The position numbers and the translations under genes are program-made. Positions 40,901-54,868 of a stretch of 64,000 nucleotides of DNA are shown piece by piece; position 1 is the first letter of the stretch, and every line of letters begins with the position of its first letter. Origin of the DNA: Setoptus koraiensis. Its lineage: Eukaryota; Animalia; Arthropoda. The stretch spans positions 14,260,001 to 14,324,000 of the forward strand of contig CM106586.1 in the NCBI GenBank assembly GCA_048013815.1, written 5' to 3'. The notes beneath the pieces are model-generated. The model saw only the letters and a program-made list of their open reading frames with translations, had not been told where the DNA came from and made no database searches.

Positions 40901-42199
40901 ACACACACACACACATAGAGACACCAAATTAATTGAAATTAGAATTTTTTATGTCGCCGAGATTTCGTTGTTATTCAAACATAAAGAGAGATAATCAATA
41001 GCGAAAGAGAGCAAAGAGGCAGATAGGTAAAGACGACGCTTCAAAATGACGACAGTCACTCTGTCATGACTATCATAAATATCATCTTGTACAGAGAGTA
41101 CAATGTGCTATCTGGTTCACTGAACTGGCCAAATTGATAGGATTGATGCCGGCTGGATAATAATGAGCACACACAAAATTGGTTAGCTGGCTGACTTGGC
41201 TGACCGGCTTGGTTTGTTTGTGTGTCCGTGTGTTGTGTAACCTGTAATCAGCATTTATAATCTGTGATCAATATCATGCGTGCGTGTGTGTGTATCAAAT
41301 TGAATCATGAGCAACTGTCAATAGACATTAAGTTAAATTACATAACCCTAAAACATATTGGATCGCACATTGATGTGAGCAACAGCAGCCGGCTTGTTGT
41401 TGCTGTTGCTGCTGTTGTTGTTGTGCTGGCTGCTGGCTGCTGGCAAATCTATCTAGCAATGATCTGGCTGTAATAATCTTGCGATAATCTGGCAAGCAGC
41501 ATTTATTTTGCATACAAGTAGCCCCAGCGCAATCAACAATTTCAATGTAATGTTATCACAATCAACTGGCACACAAAACTTGTTGGACCACTGGCTAAAT
41601 GAGAGTGATCAATCTAATAGTGGTAGTTGCCAGAGTGATTTAATCTGATCACAACGCCATCATAATTACAAATCCGATACGAACACTACACACTGAACAG
41701 GACACACCGAGGCGATTTGATTTGTCCCCGCGTGTCGTCGCGCACATTCGGCACCGGCCCGGCGCCGGCCCGCAGCCGACCGGTAATTGGACCAAGTGCG
41801 GAAACTGGTCGCGATTGTCGGTCACATTGGCCGGCTTGTTGCGGCCGCGATTGTTTGGCTATTTAAAGTGGCCATTATCAATCAAGTCCAATAAATTACA
41901 ACAACAACAACAACAACAACATAATTGTTTATCATCATCAACATTGATAATGAATTGAATAATAAACAGACGATTTCCACCACTATAACGAGCCATTTGT
42001 TTGTGTGTTGTCTCAAGGCGAGAGATTGCGTGAGTTTGATTGCGCTCGATCATGATGTAATAATGATAATTGCGCAACAACCAGCCGGTGTATCGGACAG
42101 ACGCACGGACAGACAGACGGACAAGCAACAACGAGCCAATGCAACATAAGCGGTCGTGATGATTTCATCTAGACTTCATCTAGATGGTCGCATCTCGCA

Positions 42200-42455
42200 C
42201 AATCAGCTGATTGCTGTCAAACAAGACAGAGGGAGAGAGAGAGAAAAGTTTTGGACAATTTAGACAAGAAACAGCTGATCAACATGGTGGCACACAATAG
42301 AACAAAGAGAACAATCGAACAAAGAACTGCTACTGCTTGTCCACTGACAACTGCTCACTACTGACCATCAGAGGGCGCTCGAGCGTCTGATCAGCTGATC
42401 GTCAGCTGTTCAGCTTTAGCAAGAGAGAGAGAGAGAGAACAAAAAACAGCTGATT
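42200..42455. promoter_or_regulatory. Homotypic E-box cluster (5x CAGCTG)
   Basis: CAGCTG at 42204, 42273, 42392, 42403 and 42448, mostly with W-CAGCTG-W flanks. Confidence 0.45.
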
Positions 42456-44962
42456 TCGCGCAAGCGAAACAAAGCGCGCCAGTGGCGCCATCTCTGGGAT
42501 GCTGCACACAAATAGTGTGGGTAGTTGTCGGTGAATGGATAACACTGTAGTATATAAAAATAAAATAAATGTTGCTGGGCAAACATTGAACATTACCATT
42601 AATATTCAATATGAATCCATTGTGAGTAAGCAGAGCAAACAAACAAACAAACAAACAAACCAAATGTTATTGTGAGTATGGTTGTTTGCAAGTGGATGAA
42701 CAAAGTAGTAGTGCCATCTAGCTGTCAAATGTATCAATTTCGGAGCGGAAGTAGTGCGCGTTTTTTCGCGTGTTTGGCGCTACCAGTGGCAGCTCGGATG
42801 GGGCGCAGTGGGCGCAGTTAAGTAGAGTGAATAAAATGAATGGATTCATTATGAAATAGGCGCCAAGATGGACAAAGGCGGCGCCAGCAGCAGACATAAT
42901 GAATGAATTCATTATTATTATCATTATTATTATTATTATGACGAAATCTGCATACAAATGGTCGCACATCCGCCTATGGTATTTTAAATGTGTGAGTGTG
43001 CTGCTATAACTAATGGTTTGGGCAAGTTTGTGTTAGTTTGCGGCTTCTCTGGCGCTAGCGGCTACGGCCGGCCGTTTGAGTGGAGCAATTGAGCTTGAGG
43101 TCGCGACTCATAGTGGCGAACAACAAAAGTCGACAAGAGTCGAGTTCACGCTGCCCATTCTGTGGCTCGGTCGCTTGGTGTGTCCGAATTGGTGCCAGAG
43201 ACTCGCCAGAGACTCGCCACGGAGGAATGCCAGATGCTCGGCAGCGAGAGGCGAGAGGAGGCTTAAGGAGGATAAGGCCGACGATATCATCTTTGTGCTC
43301 ACTCTTTTTCGCGCTGCCAATTGCGAGAAGTGCATTCATTCATACAAACGCAGCAATCTGCTGGCTCAACAACATCGCCGTCGTCATCAGAGGCAGCAGC
43401 AACAACAACAACAACAACAACATAGTTTGTCCCACTAGCGAAAGCAAACAAGAGGCAGCCATGTTGCCCTTGTTGTGCTCGCCGTCGTCCCGTGATTAGA
43501 GATACACATAAATGATTTAAATTGTCTCTATCTCTGGCGCTTACACACACACACACACACATTACACATTGCAAACAACTGCAAACACTACACATTACAC
43601 ATATTACGTATCGCATATCACATATCACATAGTATTGCCATCACAGAGATACAGTATAAATGAGATGGGCCAGCCAAATTGACTGCCACTAGTGGGTCAC
43701 ATGGACACGGTCGCATGTTTGCACGGTCCGAGCGCCGGGCATCTTGCGCCGCTGGCCGGCACTAGATGCCCGGCCACGGGACTGTTTTTTGGGGGAGCCC
43801 TCGGAAACGCTGACGAGAGCCAGACTGTTGTGGTGTAGACTGTCGTGGTCAATGAGCTGGCCAGTGGTCGCCGTGCACAAGTCGGCGGGCCGCACAACTC
43901 CGGCCCGCGCTGTCCGACGGGCTGCCAAGTATGCAGCCAAAGACAAACAAACACTTTATTACGGAAAAAAACAAACAAACATTCCTTTTGTCGATGGACC
44001 ATTCAAGGTAACAACCGACCGACCCACCGACCGACCATATAAATAACATAGAGCGTGCTTGCGTCTGCTATTCCCATTTATCCGGTGCTAATGCATGCAT
44101 TATGCCACACATAATAGGCCGCGGCAACGTCGCTCGATTTTCGGTTGGCGAGACGCGCCAATTGAAACGTTTGCGGCCCTCCGAGCGACCTGTCCGAATC
44201 GACTGCAATGAATCAGATACCCGCTCTGGCGGTCATTTTCGGTACCGGTCGGTCGGTCTGCGTTCGCAACGCACTCACATATCCGCACTTGATAGCCGGA
44301 TAGCTCGTTGGAATGGCTGTATATCGAATGGCTGGCAGGAGAGTGGCAAATGAGAGCCCGCCGACACAAACATTGTTTCATCTAATGATGAAGCGTCGCG
44401 GATCGCTGGATTTAGCGCAAGTGCATATTGAATACGCACGCCGCAGCGGGGTACCCGCCGCCACTCGCTCAAGATCGGCTATGTGGTTGTGTACCCACTG
44501 GGGCGCCCGCAATATACCATGGCCCGCCATACACCATGGCTTGCCATATACCCCACAAATTGCGATATATACACCGTGTATACGTACGGCGTGTCGGCGC
44601 AAGTCGGTAACCGGCCCACTGGTCGGGCCGGATGGCGGCCGGACAACGGCTCGCCGGCCGGGCTCCATCTTTCGTTGGCATCATTACAGGCGGGCGGGCG
44701 GGCAGCCATTCTTGGCTTTGTATATACTTGTTGTTGTATGGCCATTGCCGTCGCCACCAGCACTGCCATTGCTATTATTATTATTACTATTTCTACTACT
44801 ATTATTGTTTCTCGCCATGTCTCTGCGTGCGCTGATATGTAAATTTCATTACATTAGTGGCGATAGTGGTGCCTACTTCTCGAATTCTCTCTCTCTCTCT
44901 CGCTCCTTCTCTGGCTCTCTCGTTTTCTAATGTCTATCGGCAAGTATGAATGTCTTTGCATG

Positions 44963-44964
<2 letters not shown>

Positions 44965-45030
<66 letters not shown>
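44965..45030 (+). repeat. (TG)33 microsatellite
   Basis: Pure alternating TG. Confidence 0.98.
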
Positions 45031-45033
<3 letters not shown>

Positions 45034-46822
45034 CACTATTTGTGCAATTAGTAGCTCAGTTGTAATAGTATTATGTTGCCGTTCTTCTTCAAAAGTTGCT
45101 GTTGGCCAAACTAAATTATTTTCAGCTACGACTGGCGGCGCTATAAGTAGTACTGGTGGTGCTAGTGGTAGTTGCTGATGTTGTCGCTGTTATTGTAGTG
45201 GCAGCAGCGGCAGTAATAATAATATCTCGGTGTGCCAACAACGCGATTTATTTAGCCAAGCGAAGCCAGAGAAGGACAACAAAATTAAATTCAGATTTAC
45301 GAATGCCGGCTACGAGTGCTGCTGCTGTTGTTGTTGCGGCGTCGGCCGGCTCCAGCCATTCGGAGTCCTCATCAGCTAATGAATATAATCCAGCCACGAC
45401 GACGACGACGACAACTAGAATTGCATCAAACGGCATCGGGTTGACATAAGTTATGGCAGACATGGCCAGAGTTAAACGCAGCCACTAAACAAAACAAACA
45501 AACCTTAAGCCTCAGCCGGTTCGCCGACTCTGACAAGTTATAGCCAAACTGGTTGAGCACTGGTCCGGCGAGGTCATCATCATGATTCAGCAACGGCACT
45601 GGCGTTAGATGGCTGTTATATGGCGAACAAACAAAGTATAAATGGCACAGAATAGAGCAACCTTTTAGCAGCTACTTTAGTGGTCTTGCCAGCGAACAAT
45701 CGCGTTCCATGTTAAAAAACAACAACAACAACAACAGCTGAAGAGCCAAAGAGAGTAAAAATAAAAAGTTCTTCTAGCTCATCAAGTGTTAGCTTGCGAG
45801 CTGAGGTGGCGGCAATCGAGAGAAAGAGAGAGGGAGAGCGAGAAGCCGAAGCGTTCGACATTGTAGGCTTCGGCTTCGGCAAGGTGTCACGGTTGGTAGT
45901 ATTGCCTGCTTTGTTTGTCTATTTGTCACCGGCGTGCATTGTGTGTTGCTTGTGGCCATAAATCATGCTCGTTCTCATCGTTCAGTCTAATCTAATCTCG
46001 TCTCTTATCATGGCCACTTGTTCTGTCTCGAACTGTGAAGTGGAGCCCATTGAGGTTGGTCAAATTTCATTCATTTGCGCACAATTGTGTTGATTCTGTT
46101 GTTGAGAAACGGCCGATCATTATGATGATAATCAACAACAATTTGACTCTCTCGCCGGCCTTTAAACGCGCCGAGACCTACGCCAACAACTGCAGCAACT
46201 CCAGCGACAGCAACAACAACAACAGCAACAACAACAACAGTAACGCCAACAACAGCAACGACAACAACATCAACTACAACAACAACAAATTGGAGCGAGG
46301 GAGCCAAGCGGCGCTGCAACAACAATTGAATCACATGCTTTGGTGGCTAGTGTGTCGTGCTCACAATAAACAAACTGTCAGTGTTCATTGTAAACTAGAC
46401 ATTGTTGCGCAAGACCATTAGTCCATTAGAGAAATTAGTAATAACAGCAGTAGTTGCGGTTGTAGTTGTAGTAGCGGCAGCAAAGTCAGAGGCGAATTGC
46501 ACTTGTTCGTTTGTTTATATCCAATAATATTCATGCCTGAATATAAAATTATCCGCGCGGCACTGTGCCATTTCCAGTGCACAGTTGAATTGCAATGGCC
46601 ACAATGGCGCGCACTGTGCCAGAAATCCACTTGTGTCTCTGCTGGCCTAGTCTCAATCAATTAGCGCTGAATGAGTTGCGCTTCACAATGTCAGGCGCCC
46701 ACTGTGCCACTTGTGCGCAACATGACAGGAAATAGCAGCACAGAGGAGGCCATGCAAATGGAGCCGAGAGCAAAACAATGGCGGGCTGCCATCGCGAGGC
46801 CAGTTGCATTGTTGTCGTTGTT

Positions 46823-46853
<31 letters not shown>

Positions 46854-49370
46854 TTGTTAATGTTGTTTTCGTCGCCAGTTCAATCAATTAAGAACAATGA
46901 GCAGTCGCGAAGAATTGCAATGTTAATTACGTTGAGCTGATAAGTTATTAGTCAGTTGGGCACAACAGTGACTAATGGTGAGTTTTGTTGTTGTTGTTGT
47001 TGTTGTTGCTGCTATATACGTTGCCAGATCATCGATAGATAACAAATGGATAGAGAAGACAAGTGGAAATAACGACGCGCTCGCAAAAACGTGCCCGGCT
47101 AATGATTCTCTCAATCTCTCATTCTCACAGGCGCTTGTTTATATCTCAATATATCAGTGGGCATGATTATCGTCGATTATCGCAGTGATCGGCGCGCCAC
47201 AAATGGCACAAATTGGCACAAATGGCCGACCGACTGGTCGACTGATCGGCATTGGCCTGTGTAGATCTGCTGTGAATTGGTTGATCGGTGCCAACAGGCC
47301 TCCCTCGCTCTCTTGATTGGCCTCCATTCGCTGTCTGGCAAGTCCGGTCTGATCTCCGGCAGACCTTGCACAAAACAAACGCCAGATAAACAGCGAGGCC
47401 AAATGGGAGAGAGGGAGAGCGAGAGAGAAACAAAAACAAAAGCTCGCCGAGATGGGAGTAAAAGCAACAGTTTTTACAGTATCAAAAGGCATCAACATTG
47501 AGCATTGTAGCACTTGTGGCAGCGGTGGTACACATACAATTATTATATATTACAGCAACAGCACCACCACCACCACCACCAACAACAACAGCACCACCAG
47601 CACCAACAACAACAGCAACAACAAGTCAGAGAGTGTGCAACTAAACTCTGCTAACTCAACAAATTGCTAATATCATAAATCATTGGTGTGGATGGCAAAA
47701 GAGCAACGGCAACAACTGGCAACTGGCTGCCAGCTTGTGCCAGAGAACGAAGAACGACCAATAACAAATTAACGAGAGAATGAGCGAACGGGAGGAAACC
47801 TTTTGTTTGTTTCTACATATTATCATTGTGCACTTCTCACTTTACGGGGGCCACCACTAACAGCGCCAACAACAACAACAACAGCAACAGCAACAACAAC
47901 TGCAAGAGCAACTGCCTAGGCGCCCGTCTGTGCGACTGGCAGAGCGACAACAGCAACCTGTTTTTATCCCGGCAAACAAACATGGAAACAAACAACAAAT
48001 TAATAATAGGTAGCACATACATTATGGCTCGAATGGCCGACACAACAATTGTTGGCCGACAAAGGTCCAATTGTTGATTTGTGTATGATTTGAATATAGC
48101 TCGCTTCTATCGTGTTACGTGTACGACAGCTAAAATGGTCGCAACCAGTAGGCCATTTATCGGGCCTATAACTTTCGCTGACAGAGCAAACGCTGAGACT
48201 TTTGCCATTGTGAGACTTTTGTTTCTGAGAGTCTCACAAATTGTATGAGTCACAATGGCCCGACACACACACTGGCCGCCAGAACAAACAAATTCATAGT
48301 CGGATGTCTCAATTTTCTAGAAGGCCGCTCAATGTGCCGCCAGCGCGCTCAAGTCGGCCGGTCGGTCCGCGAATCGGTGAACCGTTTCCGGACGTCAGTG
48401 ACTTTGTTTGGCCCAAAGATCACACCTCCGAACGTAATCTCTAGATTGGATCTTAATTAAGAGAATGTCAGCCCGCTTATGATGGGCTCATCCGCCATAC
48501 AATGTGTTGTTGTTGTTGCTGTTGCTGTTAATGCTCAACAGCATGTCGGCGTGCTCTGCCAAGTGTATCAGTGACAGTTGCCCGTTGCCCGTTGCCAGTT
48601 ATCCAGTGCCGATAATTTCACAAGTTTTAGCTGAGAGGGGTGCATTAATTGGACACACAAACATTATCTGACTGCTCTATATTGATTAGCATAATAAATT
48701 AATAAAGAGGCGTCCTGATGGCGTCTTTTTGTGTGTGTGTGTGTGTGTGTGTTTGTTTGTGTACATTGCACTAACGAGATTATTTGGTTTGAGTGTGCAA
48801 TTCGACCTTGTACCTGTTATAAACAGAGATAGAGAGAAGCTGCCAATAGGCCGGCTAGTGTGTGCCCAATGTCATAATGGCTGGTCTCAAAGAATGAAAA
48901 TCGTGATATAAGCTTACAAATCTTTATACTCCGGCCACAAGGCAAGACACACACACACTCACAACTAGCGAGCGACGGAGGAACTAAAACTAAAACTATA
49001 ACTAGCCCAATAACTGTTAGCAGGCGGCTCAAATAACCGGCACTCGAAAGCCGGCTAACTAGCCTGTAAAATTAGCCAGAGTTGCAAACAAAACTGGGAC
49101 TAGAGCAACGGCAACGACAGCAAAAATTAGAGCGCCATTTGCTGCACTGTTCGGCAGACGTAAACAACAACAACAACAACAACACAAATATCATTACATG
49201 ATATGATGTGTTCACTGTGAGAAGCCCATTGAGAGGGGCCTAACAATTGCCAAGAGCCCACAAGTGGCGCCTGTTGAGCTTGTGGCGCTCACCGCCGACA
49301 AACAAAGTGTCGTACGGACGAGTGCCCCAAATAATAAATCACTACCCCTGGGCTGGCCGCGATCTCTGTG

Positions 49371-49448
49371 ATTCGGCTGTATCACCATTCGGCTGGTATC
49401 ACCATTCGGCTGGTATTACAATTCGGCCGGTATCACAATTCGGCTGGT
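49371..49448 (+). repeat. 17-bp tandem repeat ATTCGGCTGGTATCACC x4.5
   Basis: Read directly. Confidence 0.92.
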
Positions 49449-52400
49449 CAATTGCTATTCAGCCTGGTGTTGCTATTGGCGGCGGCGGCGGCAGCGGTAG
49501 AGGCAGCGGTCGGTTGTTACAGTGGCAAGCGTATTGGGAGCAAAGATGGACAAAGCGGTGGCGATAATAAATTAGAAACACAATACCAGGATTCATTTGA
49601 ATAGACAAACCAGTTATTTGGGCAAGCTAGGCCATAAGCCCAGTTGAACTACTTTGTGTTAATGCAAACTGGCTGCCGCCGTTAATGTCAGTAAGTCTGG
49701 CCAGATAAAAACATACTTGCAACCAGAGAGTGTGTGTGTGCAGTTGAACAGGTTGGGTCGAGTGAAAAAATTCATAAGTTGTTGCTATTTATCAAGGGAG
49801 AATTGAATTGATTTTTAATGTAGCCTCTCTCCTCGATCATTGGCAATATTAATTTAACAGCTTGTGCCAGAGTGCGCTCTCTCTCTCTTTGAGAGGAGCT
49901 GCTCAATGGATACCCAATGGATATATATCAATAGCAGCCATGATAAGTGTTAGTTCGATGGCTGCCACTTGGCGAAATCATTCATAAATTATTGCCCCAT
50001 TGACAATGTGAGATGGATTCATTGCATCGCGATGGGTTCGTTTGCGATATGCCAGCCGTGTGTGCGTACCGAGTGATTAAGCGAAATGAAACACTCCTGT
50101 CAATTCTTCTCCCTGTTTCGGTCCCCCGATTATCATTATTATCATCGGGCTGCTTATCAATTGGCTCTCGGATATACTAGTTATATACATCTTGTAGCAG
50201 CAGCAGCAGCAACGTACTTGGCCAGCATTTTCACTTTGAGCCGGCTGCTCAAAATGCAAACCGGCCGACTGTGCGAACGTCGAGCGTGCCAAAGCGTCGT
50301 CGTCGTGATTTTTAGCCAGAATCCAAATTCGTGAAGGACTAATTTGATGAAAACGACGGCCAAGTCGGACGGCATCGGTGGCGGCGGCAGCGCCGTGTTT
50401 AGCGTCGGCACATTATTATCATTGCCACATGATGATTAAAAATCTATAGATTGCAATGGTTGCATTAGGCTCACAATCAGCTAACACCGAGCTCATTCGC
50501 TCATTGCAATCAAAGTGTGTATGCCAAGATACATCGCAATACGACGCAACGCTCGCCAGCCACCGCAGCTACATGTACATGAACCATGAGCCATGTTGCT
50601 GTGTCTGTATCGGATTAATAGGTATTAACAGCAACAAAAACAGATAATTATAATATGAATGGGACTAGATAAGTTGCCTAGTTAGTTAATTAATTGGCTG
50701 GTTAGCTAGTTAGTTTGTCAGCCGGCTGGTAGGTTGGTTGGTGGGTCGCAGTGGAATGCAGTTAGTAGCTAGTCAATTACAATAATGTGTATCGAGTCGA
50801 TATGTTGGTATGCTATTGTTGTTGTTGTTGCTGTTGTTGTTGTTGTTGTCGTCGTTTATGTGGTTGCGCTGCTGTCGCTGTCGTTGCTGCTAATAAATTG
50901 TCCGCCTGTACCGGTACAAGACGGTATATGTACTAGGTATATGTACAAGTAGATTTATCGGCGGCTGCGGGTGTACAGCCGCATATATGCGATTCATTTG
51001 CGATTATTTGCAACAAGTGGCAAGCTCTCTATGGAGAGAGCGAGGCACAAAAACAAGTTTCGTTGCGTGGGCAGAGCGTGATTTAACGCGAGCGCGCAGC
51101 GCCATCTGTGTCTGGGCGCACAGAAGCACAAAATTTCGTGTTTGACACGAGCCCGCACTTGATGGTGCACGAGCTCGAGCGCATCTCATCGATTTTTGTC
51201 GTGTCTCGCCTGAAGTGAGTCACATCCCGTGTATTGGATATTTGTGGCACCGTATAATCGCGTATTCGGATATTTATGGCACCACATGATCGCGCACTCT
51301 CATACGATGAAATGGCTCGGGGGCGACTCTAGGCTTGTGCGGCTTCGCCAGCTCCTTTGTGGGCCCCTCTGTCGTGTGCAGCGTGGCGATTTGGTCCGTT
51401 TGGCTTGCGAGTTTGGCGAAGGGGACGCACGCAGAGCGATTGCGAGCTAGGCGACGACAAGCCAGAGCTGATCGCAAAATAGCGGGCTCCTTGCTGACAA
51501 AATAACCGACAAAATAACCGACAAAATAACAGCAATCGTGGCCGCAATAATGGGAACGGGCATGGCAAGAGTGACCCTAATAGATATAATTGCAGCACAC
51601 AATTGCTGTTGAATCAGTGAATGACGACGATGAGTTGTAGTGGTGGCGGTGGTGGTCGTAGTCATCATCATTACAGAATAATGTGATGATAAACGACACA
51701 CTGCGCAGCGCCGCCACACAACAATGCGCTAGTCAACTATCACGACATTATCATTATGTAACAACAACAACAGCGGTGGGCGTAGTGCACGAGTGTAGCG
51801 CGGCCAATTATCATGGCGGCGGCCGGCAGTGGTTGCGCCAGGCCTAAGACAAAGGGCAGCAACGCCATTTTGATTGTGACATAATGATCGGCGAGTGTGT
51901 GTACCGCCAGACTGGCAAGCAGGGCAAATTTGGATACGAGAGCGCCACAGATGGAGAGCGGGCAGGTGCACAATGGCTCACCTGTAAAACCGGCGCTGGG
52001 TCGCCGTTTGGCCGGCCGCTGGGGTCGCGGTGCGGCGCTGCGGCCGGCCGAACGGCCAAAATAGGCGGCCGGGCAGGCGACCGAATAGGCGGCCGGGCAA
52101 GGGAACTAGTGCGGCCGGATGGACTTAATGGTCTTGCGAGCACAAGAGCATGGTTGTGCAAGGGCCGCCGCGCAAACAACAAGTTGTGCGCCTGATCGTG
52201 ATACAATTTCAGTTTAGTCTCGGGGATAATCATTAATTTGTATTGTGTCGGCCCTGTGCTCATCACGTCTGATTTATGGCCCATTATACGCGACTCGATA
52301 GCGGCGCAACAATGGCGCCGATCGCTGGGTGGCTCGGCGGCAAGCAATTGCATTGTAATGTTGTGCATTGCGCACATTACGATGCTCACAAGCGCCGCCG

Positions 52401-52652
52401 GTACAATAATTATCGTGGCAACCGATAATTGGCGCCGCAACAGCCCGTGCCGGCCGCAGCCGCACCGCCAACGGGACCGGCACCGGCCGAGCTGTTGCGG
52501 CGGATGTGCGCGCGCGCGCGGACACTTCGCTAATTTGCATCACTCTCACTTGGGCAACTTTTGCTTTCGATTTCGAACGCAGCCGCGTAGACAGTCCACG
52601 TCGTTGGCCAACATTCGTTCGGGCTCGCAATTCCGACACGCTCGCTCGCAGT

Positions 52653-52731
52653 GAGACGGGGGCGAAATCGAGCGGCGAGACGGGGGCAAAATCGAGCGGC
52701 GAGACGGGGGCAAAATCGAGCGGCGAGACGG
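52653..52731 (+). repeat. 24-bp tandem repeat GAGACGGGGGCAAAATCGAGCGGC x3
   Basis: Read directly; it produces the SSGETGAK x3 ORF artefact. Confidence 0.95.
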
Positions 52732-53007
52732 CCCGTCTGAGACGGGCACACGAGAATAGGCCCAGACGGAGAATAATGGCAAACGTAGTGGGAGAGAGAC
52801 CTTTGTTGGCTGGCTCGAGAGGCATGAGAAAGGTGGCCGAGAGCGAAAGAATGCGCTCGCTTCGCCGTCGATATTTCGTCGGCTAGCCTCGAAGCCGGCA
52901 ACATTTGCCGGTGACTGGCAGCATGAATGAATGGCTGTCCCTGCCGACGCTGGCACAAAGTCTAGACTTGTCTGCCTGCCAGACTACCTGTTGTTTGTTG
53001 TTTCTCG

Positions 53008-53010
<3 letters not shown>

Positions 53011-53058
<48 letters not shown>
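53011..53058 (+). repeat. (CA)24 microsatellite
   Basis: Pure alternating CA. Confidence 0.98.
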
Positions 53059-53061
<3 letters not shown>

Positions 53062-53294
53062 CATGCGGCAAGTTTGCGTTTGTCCCGCACGCGGTATTCG
53101 TCGGGTAGTCGCACCGCTCTGGAAAGGCACTTGCCATGGCCGGGATCCTTGAATGTAGGTTTCGATGGTGTGCCAGTCGAGCCACAAGCCCCGTCGGTGT
53201 GGCTACCCTTTGTGTGCCCACTCTCGCATGACACACGCACAACTTCCACTTGAACAATTTATCTACCTGTCCTTGCCGCCGACTGCTGTCTCTG

Positions 53295-53384
53295 CGGCTT
53301 CGACTTCGACGCGGCTCCGGCTTCGGCTTCGACGCGGCTTCGGCTTCGACGCGGCTTCGGCTTCGACGCGGCTTCGGCTTCGAC
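53295..53384 (+). repeat. CGGCTT/CGACG-based 17-bp repeat
   Basis: Read directly. Confidence 0.85.
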
Positions 53385-53915
53385 GGTTGCTGCCTTCGCA
53401 TGACTTGTATGGCTTGCCGCGGTTTGCGCTGGTTGCTTGATTGCGGCAACGGCGGCGCCCGCCGCATCACAAACACCGAACACTGGCCGGCCTTATGCCT
53501 GGGCGCATCGCGCCGACTGAAAGTGGTCTTACTATGCTAGTCACTATGAGGCAATCATGATTAACATGATGGCGCCGATGACGCAGCCGACGACGAAGCC
53601 CATGATGATGATGGAGCCGATGATGACGACGACGGTGATGCTGATAATGATGACTAAGATGATGGCCATGATGACGATGGTGATGGTGATAAGTATAGCC
53701 AGCAGTTATGCAATATCGATGCCGGCTTCTCCCCAATCTAATGAATTATAGCAACATATTGCTGCGGCTGCTGCTTCGACTTACAACAGGTACATTCTGC
53801 GTCCGTCAGCCCATGGCAGCTGAATGGTAATGTTCAGACGATAAGTAAAAAAGTCGCAGCCTAACAAGCATCGAGCCCATTAGCGTTGCATACACACCTG
53901 CCGTGTTACCTGGAC

Positions 53916-54000
53916 GATTTTGGGCCGATTTTGGGCCGATTTTGGGCCGATTTTGGGCTGGTTTTGGGCTGGTTTTGGGCTGGTTCTGGGCTGGTTTTGG
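53916..54000 (+). repeat. 11-bp tandem repeat TTTTGGGCCGA shifting to TTTTGGGCTGG, ~8 copies
   Basis: Read directly; seven GGG tracts. Confidence 0.95.
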
Positions 54001-54811
54001 ACGGTGCAAGTCGCCTAGTCTGCCCTGTCGGACGGCACCTGATACCCATTTGCTCGCTGGCAAGCCAAGCGATACAGGCCCACAGCACTCACCAGCTGCC
54101 ATGAGCTTTTTATGAGCGATTTATATATCCATTGACAAATTCTTGCGGCGCTGGACATTGGAGCGACCTCTCTAGGTGGCCACTGCAACCATTTGGTGAA
54201 TGTGGCTAATGGTCAGCGATTTGGCAGCTCACTGTTGTTCTGTTGTTGCTATTATTTAAATCTAACTGACCAGTGCTCTGCTTTTTCTTGCTCGCTCGCT
54301 CGCCACCACCTATTGGCTACCTTTTGCTGGCTGTGGTGCAGCCAATAGTGGCACCATTGCCGGCATGCTGGTCACAGACACACATATTACTTATGCCACT
54401 TATGTAACAACTACTGACAATGAGCCGGCGAAGATAGATTACAGCCCATTAAAGATTCAAGTTTCAATAAGAACACGCCAGCCAATGACAGAAGCCATCA
54501 TCAAATTGATTGATTTGTGCCCCTCTGTCTCTCTCTCTCTCTCTCTTGGAGGCTTCGCTTCTCGCCCGCTTGTGTGTCTCAGTGGCGAGCCATCATGCTG
54601 GCCGCCATTAGTTGTCTCAGCGGACTAATCTGTGTCTGTCTCAGACAGCGAATCTATCTCAATTGATCGAATCCGCCAATCGGAAAGATCTCATTTTACT
54701 CTTCGCCTAGCTACCGCTGGCTGACTGGCTGGCTGGGCAAAGGCAGGCAAAATGAGCGCTGTGTCGAAACGAACGCCAATACGAGCGGCGGATGGCGAAT
54801 ACCGGCGAACA

Positions 54812-54868
54812 GAACGGAACGAAGCGAAACGGAACGAAACGGAACGAAACGGAACGAAACGGAACAAA
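54812..54868 (+). repeat. 10-bp tandem repeat AACGGAACGA
   Basis: Read directly. Confidence 0.9.

Noticed and set aside
45052-45075. tRNA D-arm-like TAGCTCAGTTG
   Set aside because: No T-loop (GTTCGA) or acceptor stem follows.
53222-53243. miR-210-like TTGTGCGTGTG on the minus strand
   Set aside because: No complementary 5' arm, so no hairpin.
9660-54000. Short tandem repeats as possible CRISPR arrays
   Set aside because: Head-to-tail units without unique spacers, no cas genes, eukaryotic context.
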